Shown here in pieces: positions 26,378-39,588 of a stretch of DNA of 64,000 nucleotides (its first letter is position 1; each line of letters opens with the position of its first letter). Position numbers and translations under genes: made by a program. The notes beneath the pieces are model-generated. The model saw only the letters and a program-made list of their open reading frames with translations, was not told the DNA's origin and ran no database searches. The DNA is taken from NCBI GenBank assembly GCA_951406725.2, contig OX597836.1:25172001-25236000 (forward strand). Direction: 5' to 3'. The DNA is from Octopus vulgaris. Lineage: Eukaryota.

Positions 26378-26829
26378 CACACACATACATACATACATAC
26401 ATATGCATACGGGTGTGAACATATGTATGAGCAAGTCTTTCAGCTTATTCTATTTTTGCTGACCATTCCACCAGTTCAATCATTCACCACCACCACCACA
26501 CGACTGCTGCTGCTGCTCCTCCCCCTCCTGCTGCTTCTTCCCCCCCTACACTCTCATTCTTTATTCTCTCCTTTATTATTTCTCCATTACTCTCCATCAC
26601 TCCTTCCCTGGTTTTCTCATTTTTCTCTAGCACTTCCACCTCCCTCTCCACCCTCACTCTCTCTCTCCTTCTCTCTCATCTCTCTTCTCTCACTCATGTG
26701 TCTTCCTCTTTCTCTCTCTCTTCTCCTTTCTTTGTATTCCTCTTTTGTTTCTTCCTCTCCCTTGTCTTTATTTCTCCCTCATCTCTTCTCTCATTCTCAT
26801 GTTTTTGTCTCTCTCTGTCTCTCTGTGTG

Positions 26830-26950
<121 letters not shown>

Positions 26951-27689
26951 TCTGCTACTTCTCTTCCTTACCCCTCCACCTGTCCCCAACCTCTCGGTAC
27001 CTATCTATATTCAGTCCTCTCTCTTTCTCTCTCATTACTAAACTACTGCAATAACTAAATCACATTTCCACAATCACTTAATGAAGAAAAAGAAAAAGAA
27101 AAAAACACGACTCTTTAACTGGTCATGGATGAAGTCCATTAATTCACATTGGAAGTTTTAGATTCCTGTCTTTCTGCATGTCCATCTCATGTATGTATAC
27201 ATATTATATATGCTTGTGTGTGTATATCTGTGTGTGTGTATATATATATGTATGTATGTGTGTAGTATATCCATTTCATGTATGTATGTATTCGTTTATT
27301 CTTTTACTTGTTTCGGTCATTTGACTGCGGCCGTGCTGGAGCACCGCCTTTAGTCAAGCAAACCGACCTCAGGACTTATTCTTTGAAAGCATAGTGCTTA
27401 TTCTATTGGTGTCTTTTGCTGAACTGCTAAGTTACAGGGTATATAAACACACCAGCATCGGTTGTCAAGCGATGGTGGTGGGGATAAACATACACAAACA
27501 TATACACATACATACACACACACACACATACACGGTCTTCTTTCAGTTTCCGTCTACCAAATCCACTCACAAGGCTTTGGGCAGCCCAAGGCTATAGTAG
27601 AAGACACTTGCCCAAGGTACCACGCATTGGGACCGAACCCAGAACATGTAGGTTGGTAAGCAAGCTGCTTACCACACAGCCACTCCTGC

Positions 27690-27728
<39 letters not shown>

Positions 27729-28670
27729 TAAATTAGAGATAAACCACTATTAGGCAAATCAAACAATGAAAAACTTAAGCCAATACATAAAATTAATTAA
27801 TTTATATTATTTTAAATATATATCGAAAGTATTAAAAGTTTAATAAAAGATAATGAGTAAAACACTACGATTGTGTGTTTCTCTGTATGTATGGTTGTGT
27901 GGTTGTTATGTTTGGATGTCTTTTATTTCGTCATTAAATTCTGTATTAAATTTCATATGTTTTAGCTGTGGTTTCCTTTCGTTTGCCTTCCATCATTTCA
28001 AAGGATACCAGACAAATACTAGGGGTCCCTATTTCCATCCCTTAGAATTAGCAACCCAGGACCACTGATGAAATACTTAGTAGTTTTTTGCCTGTCACTA
28101 CGTTCTGAGTTCAAACTCCACTAAGGTCAACTTCACCTTTCATTTTTTTGGGGTTGGTAAATTAAGTACCAGTTAAACACTTGGGGGTCGATGTAATCGA
28201 CTCATCCCCTCCCCCAAAATTGCTGCCCTTGTGGGAAAATATGAGTCCATTGTTATTATTATCATTATTATTATGCTGCCAAAGTCGACTTGGCCTTTCA
28301 CCTTTTCAGGGTTGATAAATTAAGTATTAATTAAGTGAAATACTAGGATCAATGTAATTGACTTATGCCTCCTCCCACATTTCAGGCCTTGTGCTTTTAG
28401 TAGAAAGGATTATTATTATTATTGTTGGTCAATCTAATTGACTAAGCCCTGTCTTGTAAAGTTGCTGGCCTTGTGCCAAAATTTGAAACCATTATCAACA
28501 TTCAGCTCTTTACTTTGTGAGTTCAAATGTGACTAAGTTCAGCTTTGTCTTTCAACTTTCCTGGGTCGATAAAATAAAGTAACATACAATTACTGGGATG
28601 AGTGTGATCGATCACCTCTTCTCCCCAAATTGCTGGCGTTGGGCCAGAATTTGCCACCACTTATTATTAC

Positions 28671-28706
<36 letters not shown>

Positions 28707-31700
28707 TACTAGTAAGGTGAGCTGGCAGAATTGTTAGCACGCTGGGTGAAATGCTTAGTGGCATTTCAACCGTCTCTATGTTCTGGGTTCAAATTCTGAT
28801 GAAGTCAACTTCATCTTTCATTCTTTCAGGGTCGATAAATTCAGTATCATTTGTGTACTGGGATCGATCTAATTGACTGACCCCCTCCCCCAAAATTTCG
28901 TGCCTATAGTAGAAAGGATTATTATTATTATTATTATTATTATGGCACAAAGCTGTTAGAACTGTTACTGCACCAGACGAAATGTAGTCAAGCATTTCAT
29001 CTGTCTTTACATTTGAGTATAAATTCTGTTATGGTGGACTTTGCCTTTCTTCCTTTCCAGCTCGATAAAATAAGTACCAGTTGCGTATTGGAGTCAATCT
29101 AATCAACTGACCCCATCCCCCAAAATTTTGGGCTTGCCTAGAGTAGAGAAAAAAAAAAATGTACCAATTGAGTGCTGGGGGCGATGTAATCAACCTAGCC
29201 CCTTCCTCCAAAACTTGCTGGCCTGGTGTCAAAATTTAAAACCCTTATTATCAAGGTGGTGAGCTGGTGGAATCGTTACCACGATGGACAAAATGCTTGG
29301 CAGGATTTTGACCATCTTTACATTCTGAGTCCAAATTCTGGCAAGATTGACTTTGTCTTTCATCCTTTTGGAGTCGATAGAATGGAGTAGCAGTCAAGTA
29401 CTGGGGTTCAATGACATTGACAACCCCCCCCACCTACTCTAAAATTGCTGGCTTTGTGCCACATTTAGAAACAGTTATTATTAGGTTGGTGAATTGGCAG
29501 ATTCGTTAGAATGTTGAAGAAAATACATTTTGGGGTCAATAAAATAAAATACTGGCCATGTACCGGGGCTGGTTTAATTAAAGTTGCTGGCCTTGTGCCA
29601 GATGAGAACTGATCATTTTTAATTTTGGCACAAGACCAAAATTTTGTCTTTGAGGTGTGAGTCACAAGAAATGTTAAGAACACAAAACTCAGTTCCTTGC
29701 TGTGTTTTAGTTTTATCTGTTGATAGCTCTTAGTTGAAATTCCTGTGAGACCCCTCTCTCTCTTTCGGAGAGGCACAAGCACCTACACGCACTTATACAC
29801 ACACGGCAGTAACTTCCGCCTGCCGAATTCAATCACAAAGCTTCGGTCGGCTCGGGGCTATAGCGGAAGACACCTACCTGCAGACCATCTTCAAATTTTG
29901 CTCCCCACCCCACCGGGACTAATGGAATTCTGATTGATTTTTCACTAAGCTTATTTCTTTCTCCTTTCCCTATTTGTGCCACTGAGGCATCAAGAACGGT
30001 AAGGGAGGGGCACGAATTTTATTGCTTTTTTCCATTGTATTCGGCCGAGGTTAACTTCGCCAGTCATCCTTTTGGGTTCAACGAAATAAGTACCAGTTAC
30101 GTACTGAGGTTGGTGTTATTGACTTTTCCCCCTTCCCCTCGAAATAGCTGCCCTTGTTTGTGGAAAAATTTGAAACCCTTATTTTGTTCCCTTGTTTTGA
30201 GTTCAGTTTCCTGCCTGAATCAACTTCACTTTTCATCTCTCTGAGAATGGCTTGAAATTAATGCCCAAGTGGCTGAGTACTCTACAGACACACATGCCCT
30301 TAACATAGTTCTCAGGGAGACACAGCAGTGTGACAAAGCTGTCCCTGAGTCAATTGGAGCAACAAGAAGTCAAGTGTCTTGCTCAAGAACGCAATGCCTT
30401 ACCAGGAATTGAACTCCTGATCCTATGGTTGTCGGCCAAATACCCTAGCCACTAAGCCATGCACCTCTGGGAGTAATATGATTAAAACTAACGAATCATA
30501 TGACTGAATTAGTTTAATTAACAATGGCTCTCTCTCTCTTTCTTCTTCCCTTTCTTTCACTCTCTCTTTCTCTTTCTCTCTCTCTTTCTTCTATTTTTTC
30601 ACTCTCATTCTTTCTCTCTTTCTTTCTCTCTTTCACTCTCTCTCCCTCTATCTCTCTTTCTCTTTCACCATCTCTTTCTCTTCCATTCTCTCTTTCTCTT
30701 TTGACAAATTTAATCAAACCGTTTTAGTTTTCCACTGAGTTGTTTTGGTTCGTAACAACCTTCTCCTATTCTCACTCCTACACAGTGTCATTGGGGTCAG
30801 TGTTTTTCGTAAAGGTGTTAGGGGCCCAGTTTGTATGATATTCAACAGTTGGTGAACTGTGATCTCGTGGTGCCTTGTTGCACCACTTTTGTGTTGCTAA
30901 AGTTCCTGGGAAATGTTAGGTGGAGTTTCCTATTTCTTTGCTGTCAACCTGAAACTCTTGTGTTTCTGTTCAACAACTTGTTGTCATTGTTTAATCTCCA
31001 CCCTTCAGTTCAGCTCTCATTTAGCCTTATGTTACTCAATACAGGCACTCCAACCGTGGCCATCCTACCTTTTCCCACCCACAGGGCACCCAAGATCACT
31101 TGTTCATTATGCTTATTAGCTAATGATCTGTGGGATTTGAGGGAGATTTAGCCGCTATTTCTAGTAGGCTGTTTGACCACATGGTGGCTCCCTTGTTGGT
31201 TAATGCGACTGTGTTGTTTGTTGGGGGTAGGGTATGTGGCTTCTTGGTGGGAGGTATATAATGTGCTCACCAAATGAAATCACTGTCAAGGTTTCAAATC
31301 TCACCAAAGCAGTTACTCATGTGGATGATGTTCAGTCCTGATCTGGTTGACCTATAATGAAAGAAACTCCAAATATGACCATCCCATCATAGTATATCAG
31401 ACTATAGTATTTTTGCCCCCCTCCTCACCCTGCCCTCTTGGTAGTGTTTTTATGAGCAGTTGGGGACATACAGACACATAAACCAAACTTGTGATTGGCC
31501 CCTTTTTGCAGTGAACATTTGGAATGGTTTCATGCATGAAGGCCATCACTTCATGTTTCAATCTACTGGCAGGCTTAGCATTGTCTTTTTCCTTCTTGTA
31601 ATTATTGATGCTGTTTCCTTGCGTGTGTTTGTGTGTCACGCTGTTTCTGTTTGGGGGGGGAAATTCCTGAATTATTCTGGTAGGGAAGGGGGCAAGCTGG

Positions 31701-31759
31701 AAGAACCATTAACACACTGGACAAAATATCATGAGGTTGTTGATTGAAGATATTGTGCC

Positions 31760-32125
31760 TACCGGGGGTTTGTACTGTCCATCAAGTCACAACAGGGACC
31801 TCAGGCTGACAATACTTTATGCAATATGCATGTAGTTCCAAGTAATGCCGACTTTTGCAATACTCCTAGATTGTAGGGTATTTCTAAAATTTTCAGATTT
31901 TTTTTTCACATTGGGTGGTATTGAACCCAATACTCCGGTGACAATAGGGATGACATTTATATCTGATTCTCGTAGCTGCCACATCTTAGCAACTCAATTC
32001 TCAGGTCTCCATATTTATCGACCTTTCTCTTTCTTTCCTGATGATACGTTGATCTCCTGGCATTGCCACATCAATTATTAGGCACTCTTGTTTGTCCCTC
32101 CTAAAGGTTATTATATCTGGCCTTC
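31760..32125 (-). mobile_element. R4/Dong-like non-LTR retrotransposon 3' fragment (restriction-like endonuclease end)
   Basis: Minus strand, frameshifted: IIDVAMPGD....KE..KVDKYGDL...KMWQL...VIPIVTGVLGSIP.....LQKSALLGT..IL.KVL. It abuts a (TAA)n tract. Confidence 0.75.
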
Positions 32126-32161
<36 letters not shown>

Positions 32162-33557
32162 GGCAGTAAGCTGGCAGAATTGTTAGCATGCTAAACAAAA
32201 TGCTTAGCAACATTTCATATGGTTCTTTACATTTTGAGTTCAAATTCCACCAAGGTCAGCTTTGCCTTTCGTCCATTCAGGGTCAGTAAAATTGACCCCA
32301 GTTGAGCCCTGGAGAGGTTGTCAATGTAACTGCTTAACACCGTTCACTTGAAATTTCAGGCTTTCTCCCTATAATAGAAAGAAGTGGATAAGGGTGTTAA
32401 AAGAAGAAAAGCAAAATGTTCTAAATATCCCCCACCCCACATCACCCCAGACTGGCTACTATACTCCTAGGTTGGGTGGTGGTGATAGTGGGGGTGGGTG
32501 TTCTCTTTACTCCCTCTCCACCTCAACCCTCTTGTATATATTGTGCTTATGCAGGATGATATATAAATGGCAGTGGGCAGGGGAGGCATGTGGCTTAGAG
32601 GTCAGGGTAATCGGCTCCCAATTTTAAGGTCCTGAGTTCAATTCTTGGCAGTGCATTGTTGCCTTCAGCAAGACTCTTTGACATTGGTCCAGTCCACTCA
32701 CCTGGCAAAATTGAGATCTACCTGTAATTCAAAAGGGGGCCAGCCATGTCTCGTTCTGTGTCCTGCTGAATCACCCTGAGAACTACCTATAGGGTACATG
32801 TGTCTGTGGGATACTCAGCTGCTTGCACATTCATTCCACAAGTAGGCTGTTCTGTTGATTGGATCAACTCGGATCCTCATTATCAGAACTGATAGATTAA
32901 CAGTATATAACCTGGCAACTATTTGGGTCTTTAACCTTTGACCTAAAAGCTCTTACTATGAAATGATGTAGCTGGGGTGGCCTTCATGCCTTTCTAATTC
33001 ATGCTGGTATGGAAAAAGATTTGAAATCGTGATGATGATGAGGATGACAGACTGATCAGTATGTGCTTGATAAGATTAGTAATTATGATAAAAATGATGC
33101 TAATAACAATGATAATTAAAGGTGATTAATTAATTAGTATATAATTATTCCAATTGTTGGCATGTGAAATACCCAAATCAGAGGGTATTGACTTACCTGC
33201 TTTGTTTCATTGTAAATTAACGGGGCAGGGGAACATCAATGACTTGTTGATAATACCTCACATACCTCCATAACCCCTCTCAGTACCTCTGATGTGTTTA
33301 ATGTACCTTACATACCTCCTCGATCCCTCTCATTGCTTCTGATGTGTTACATGGTTCATCTGAGAGAGAGAGAGAAAGAAAGAGAGAGAGAGAGAGCGAG
33401 CGAGTGAGTCACACTCAGTGAAGGCCTATCTCCTTACCCATTGTTACACCACTTCCCTTCTAACAGAACATATTTACATTGGGATGGTTCTCTTGCAGTA
33501 CACTACAGCAACCTCACTGCTACTGTGTTGGTTATGTTTAATATAAGTTAACCAGTG

Positions 33558-33600
<43 letters not shown>

Positions 33601-33932
33601 CACACACTCACATGCACACACACACACATACACCTATACAACTCTGTTTTCTCTCTGTAAAAGTTTGTATTTACATTCCTGTGTTTGTATATATGCTTAT
33701 GTTTATATGTGTGTGTGCGCGCGTATAGGAATATATGTTTATGGCAATATGCCTGCATCACGAAGTGGACATTTTACACACAAATATAAATATATATACA
33801 TACATATATATATATATGTCTATAACATACACATATGTATAAATATATACATACATACATACACTCATGTGTATATATATATATATATACTCATAATCTA
33901 TATTTATCATCTAATGTTCACTTGTTCTGCAA

Positions 33933-33990
<58 letters not shown>

Positions 33991-34066
33991 TCACAATCTA
34001 TATTTATCATTTAATGTTCACTTGTTCTGCAAGCATGTTGCGTTTATATGTGTGTCTATTTATTTA

Positions 34067-34105
<39 letters not shown>

Positions 34106-34224
34106 ATACACATACGCACAAACACATATATATGCATACACACAAACACACACTTATATCGACATACCCACTGAAAGAAAGGTAAATATAGATATACTTG
34201 CGTATGTTTGCATGTCAATCTATA

Positions 34225-34289
<65 letters not shown>

Positions 34290-34986
34290 AAATGAATATA
34301 CATAGTTAGTTATTAGTCACTGCTGTAGTTGTATTGATTTTGTCTCATTGAAGTTCTTTCATAGCAACCATTCCACCAATTCCATCCCCACCCCCCACTC
34401 CACCCTTCCCATGGATCTTTTCAACAATTCACCAATTTAGATTCCAGTGGATTCCTGTTTTTCTTTTTACGCCCCCTCACCACTCCACACCATCACATCT
34501 CCCCGTCTCTCTTGATTATTGTTCATGCTGTTGTTGTTGTTGTTGTTTTGAAGATTTGTCTTAGAAGCTACTCATCAACAGTTGTTTTGTTTTGATTCTT
34601 ATTCTTCTCACCCCTACTCTCTTCACACCCCTCCTCTCTCACACACACACACACACACAAATGTTGCATACACACACTCATTCTTACATATACACACACA
34701 CATATACACATACTTTCTTACATACACACACATACATACATATTCAAATACACACATGCTCTCTCACACACAATCTTGCATGCGCGCACACACACACACA
34801 CACACTCTTGTACACGCGCATTCTCACACATACATACTCTTTCACATACGCACACACACTTATGCATGCACATCCCTTACATACATGCATGCTTACCATC
34901 TTACACATCCTCTATGTATACGTAGCTATACAACTGTACACACACATCCATGCATAGATATGCACACACATCCATTCACTCATTCC

Positions 34987-35017
<31 letters not shown>

Positions 35018-35714
35018 GCCATGTTGGCATATGTCTCCTTTTCATTAGATAGATGTTATGCTTGTATTACAGAAATCCCAAGATATTTCATGCTAAACAT
35101 TCAAAACCAGTCAAGTGGAACTGTTTTTGTGTGGGTGTTTGTTGCAGTCAATGGAACAGTGACAAGGCCACCTTTTACATGCACACATACTTTCAATGGC
35201 ATAAAAGGGGCCCTTTTTTTCTTCAAAAGAGTGTCTCAAAAATTTCCCCCTGGGTCCTTTATGCGAGATTGCTTTAAATATTACATGCTTTAATGCACTT
35301 AAAACCCCTTTTTCCCTTAACATATGTTGTTGAAATTGGGATGCATCTAAAATGCACATGCATCTATAATGCCATTAGATATGGTCTGTGTTTACACTGT
35401 CTTTTATCCAGTTGCATCCATGGCAGAATAAGCAGGATCACCTGTGCTGGAGCAGGTTTTTTTTGTGGAGAATTCTGGTTCCACTAATACATGTACCCTA
35501 TGTCTGTTCATAGTGATGGTGATGGTCTAGTTGGTAAAAGAAGCAAAAAACACAAACAAATCCCAAAGGGTATTGGATTCATAGACATCTCCTTATTTTC
35601 CAATTACAAGGCCAATATCAACACAAAGTGTAATGGAATATGTAAAATATAATCTTTGGTTTTCCTCTGCTGTCTCCTATGATGGAAATCCTCATTGATA
35701 GAAATTCATAAAGG

Positions 35715-35812
35715 TTGGGATGTGTACACATGATGGACAACAGTAGACTTCCCAGGCAACTCTTTTACTCCCATCTACACAAAGGAATAAGAAACCATGG
35801 AAGACTGAGATT
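35715..35812 (+). mobile_element. Short RTE LINE fragment
   Basis: GCVHMMDNSRLPRQLFYSHLHKGIRNHGR matches the RTE GHV.RM...RLP.QL.Y..L..G.R..GR motif. Confidence 0.6.
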
Positions 35813-37446
35813 CAGACACATACATGGTGAACATCTTTCAGTTTCTGTCTACCAGTTCCACTCACATGGCTTTGGTCAGCTCAAGGCTGTAGACTATAGA
35901 AGAAAAATATTCACCTGAGGTGCCACACAGCAGCACAGAATCCACTGACACACCATCATCATCATCATCATCATTTAATATCCACTTTCCATGCTAGCAT
36001 GGGTTGGATCATTTGACTGAGGACTGACGAACCAGATGGCTGCACCAGGCCCCAATCTGATCTGGCAGTGTTTCTACAGCTGGATGTCCTTCCTAACGCC
36101 AACCACTCCGAGAGTATAGTGGGTGCTTTTACGTGCCAGTCAAGCGGTACTGGCAACAGCTACACTCAAGTGGTGTTTTTTACATGACACCAGCACAGTC
36201 CAGCGGCACTGACAACAATCTCGCTTGAATGCTTTTCACGTGCCACCAGCACAAGTGTCAGTAAGGTGATGCTGGTAACGATCATGTTTGAATGGTGCTT
36301 TTTACGTGCCATTGGCACAGAGAGCCAATCAGGCGGCACTGGCATCAGCCACAACTACAATTTCCATTTGATTGTGATTTGATTTTTGATTTTACTTGAC
36401 TCAATAACTCTCCTCAAGCATGGCGTGTCGATAAAATAAATACCAGTTGGATATTGGGGTTAATGTAATCGACTTACCTGCTTCTCTGAAACTGGTGGCC
36501 TTGTGCCAAACTTTGAAATCAATATTCTCAAAAGAAACACAAGATTAAAACACATTGAAGCAGTGTCTCTACCCAAATTCTTCCAAACAGTCCCAGACAG
36601 ATATTTCTATATAAGGGCATGTCTGATTAAACAATGATTCGTTGCTTGAATGAGCAATGGAGATGATGTTTAGAGAAAAATTTTGCTAATTAGCAGGTGC
36701 TATTCTTAGCTATATCCTTGACCACCACATTCTGAGGTAGAGACAATGGTCTCTGCTGCAGCTAAGATCGGGGTTTGGGTGGGAGAAAGAAAGAGATTCT
36801 GACACCATTCAATATTAATTATATTGTTGGTTTATATAGACAGCAAAAAATGACAAGCATACATTGTTTCTGTGGCATATGCACACACACATGCACTCAC
36901 TATCACTCTTTCACTCACACACATGTGTGCACTCTCTCTCTCTCTCTTTCTCTCTGTGATAGTCAGAAGATTTGTTGATCACACAAAGACCTCATTGCAA
37001 AGAAGTCTGAGATTTAGCCTTGAATTTCCACAGCAGTTAATTTATCAATACATCTGTATAGTAGAGAATACGGAGGTGCATGGCTTAGTGGTTCGGGTGT
37101 TGGACTCATAATTGTAAGATTGTGGTTTTGATTCTTGGACTGGGAGATACCTTGTGGTTTTTAGCAAGACATTTCATTTCACATTGTTCCAGTTCACCCA
37201 ACTGATAAAGTAAGTAACCTTGTGATAAACCAGCATCCTATCCAGGGAGGAATATATGTGTCCGAGAAACTGGATAACTGGCTCTATGCTCCTTACCAAG
37301 TAAGGCAGACTAACCATCGTAGATATTTATGATAATGGCATTAATTGAAATCTCTAAACAATGCATAAAATCCAAATGAATTTTGTTGTGATAATCATAA
37401 ATTTGTTGTAATTTCCAACATTCTTTGTATTTTGGAATTTTTTTAG

Positions 37447-37568
37447 GATTTAATGGAGAATTCTCAAGGACAGTACATTGCCTTGGAGAAGAAAATGCAA
37501 GGAGATTATTCCATTTTGGAGAAAAAATACCATAAAGCCAAAAAGTTGATCAAAGAATTTCAACAGAG
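37447..37568 (+). CDS. PPP1R9A/B-like: Neurabin/spinophilin-like coiled-coil exon (DLMENSQGQYIALEKKMQGDYSILEKKYHKAKKLIKEFQQ(R))
   Basis: ttttag acceptor, AG|gtaagt donor, phase 0-2. LEKKY.KAKKLIK.FQQ is a family hallmark. Confidence 0.94.
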
Positions 37569-38217
37569 GTAAGTTATTGTCTACGGTTGCTTTCACTTGG
37601 GGGTGGGTAAGTGTGTCACAGAGGGTAAATGTGTAGCTGTTCAAACTGGTCAGATCCAGCTTCTCACACCTACCTTACAATGTCATTCTGAAAATAAACA
37701 CCTCCATCATTGAAATCGCAAAGCTATGAGACTACAAGATAATGCATGATTAATTCAAAACAAAACAAAGAGAATAAGTAAGCGTTACAGTTCACGGAAT
37801 AATCCTGATCATTAAAGGGTTAATCTTGGCTGCATTGGAAACAGACATTACCAATTGCTTTAACAATTCTTCACTATCTGCTAAATATAAATTCTTTCTT
37901 TACCATTTGATGTATCTATCACTGTGATATATTTTATCAATGGGAATTTTTATGGCCATGGAAGTAGAACCGATTCCTGATTCTTAATGAGCTTCACATG
38001 GCTGCTGTCTTTTGATAAGCAATCATTGTTGATGGATTTCTTTCTTTCGGCTTTGGTTGAGTTATTGAACCACGGCAAATGTCCAGTGCTTTTCTGGAAT
38101 CAATGTTGGTGGTTGTTAGGAGAATTCAATGTAGGTTTTGCAGCAAGACTTTTAGACTTATTCACACACACACATGCAAACACATGCTTAAACATATATC
38201 TATAGGCACATGCATAG

Positions 38218-38255
<38 letters not shown>

Positions 38256-38676
38256 ACAAACACATGCTCATACAAACACACACACACAAACATGCTTAAG
38301 TTTATATCTGCATGCACATGCATATAAACACGTCTACACACATGTATATATATATAGTTACAAACACATGCACATATAGTTGCAAACACAAACACACATA
38401 CACACATAAATATGCATACACTCACACACAAAATAATATACAGACCCATACAAAAGTATATAGGCATATACAGATAGATAAATGCACACTCAGAAATATG
38501 TATACACATTCATACCAACATATACAACACACACACGTGCACACACTGGGTACTCCTCAATGCTCTTTTTTATGATGGTATTAAACTCCGGGTTTGTGTG
38601 GACTGAGTATCTCTTTGACTAAGAAGGTTAAACTTTGTTGCTATGGCAACGTGATGACCCAATTAAATTTTCACAG

Positions 38677-38716
<40 letters not shown>

Positions 38717-38779
38717 CTGTTCCTCCCCACTCTCTATGTTGAATATAAATTTGAAGTGGAATTTTTTTGTGTTTTCCAG

Positions 38780-38876
38780 AGAGAAGGACTTTATCCAGGA
38801 ACGAGAATCGTTATTGCAGCAACAGGCAGAACGTGATCAACAATATAATGCTTTAGTGAAATCTTTGAAGGACAGA
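38780..38876 (+). CDS. PPP1R9A/B-like: Neurabin/spinophilin-like coiled-coil exon (EKDFIQERESLLQQQAERDQQYNALVKSLKDR)
   Basis: ttttccag acceptor, AGA|gtaagt donor, 97 nt, phase 2-0, in frame with neighbours. Confidence 0.92.
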
Positions 38877-38995
38877 GTAAGTTTCTGATGTTACAAACTT
38901 TCTTCAATGGTTATTTCACTTCAGAAAGTTTAAAGTTGTTAGCTCTTTTTTTCATAAATCTTGAGCTTTTTTTTTTAAAACTCATCTCAGTTTAT

Positions 38996-39202
38996 CACAA
39001 AAGCCGTTCGATTCACTTCAACATTTAAGTTTAATTTGTCAAAATATTTTCATCGCTTTAAGACTGCAACCTGTTCACTGACAAAAATCCGTGTAGATGC
39101 ATCGCACGGATTTTTGTCAGTGAACAGGTCACGGTCTTAAAGCGACGAAAATATTTTGACAAATTAAACTTAAATGTTGAAGTGAATCGAACGGCTTTTG
39201 TG
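38996..39202. repeat. Fold-back inverted repeat (~100-bp arms), probable Penelope-like pLTR remnant
   Basis: CACAAAAGCCGTTCGATTCAC... is the reverse complement of ...GTGAATCGAACGGCTTTTGTG, with a short loop near 39095-39103. Each arm has a hammerhead motif. Confidence 0.85.
39113..39163 (+). ncRNA. Hammerhead-like motif with swapped G3-C8 core pair (second copy on - strand at 39035-39085)
   Basis: TTTGTCA-GTGAACA-g-GTCAC(ggtcttaaa)GCGAC-GAAA-ATAT-TT^TGACAAA. Perfect 7-bp helix I, palindromic helix III AATATT. Confidence 0.55.
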
Positions 39203-39437
39203 TGTTTCTTAAATGGCTTACAAACACCTTCCACGCTGCAATTGTTTTCGTTTCAGCACACGATCTCAGATCAAATCACTTGCTATGCAAGTACATCTCA
39301 GTTAATCTCCTTCAGTAAAATCTTAATGATATTTTTGAACCCTCTTTCGTAGTGTTGCCATCTTCCTTTAGTAAAAACTATTGACCTTCTCCTGTACAGG
39401 CTGTTTTTTAATTTTATCATTTTTCTTTCTTCATCAG

Positions 39438-39588
39438 ATATTCCAACTGGAACATGATTTAGCAGAAACACAAAAAGCCGCAGGATTACCTGTGGCTATA
39501 CCTAAAGAATCTGGTTCTCCCAGTAACCAACGGGTTGAGAAAACCGTTGTTACCATGGGGAACCCAACAAGTTTACCAAAGTCACCCG
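39438..39588 (+). CDS. PPP1R9A/B-like: Neurabin/spinophilin-like exon: end of coiled coil (IFQLEHDLAETQKAAGLPVAIPKES...LPKSP)
   Basis: Polypyrimidine tract + catcag acceptor, G|gtaagt donor, 151 nt, phase 0-1. Confidence 0.9.
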
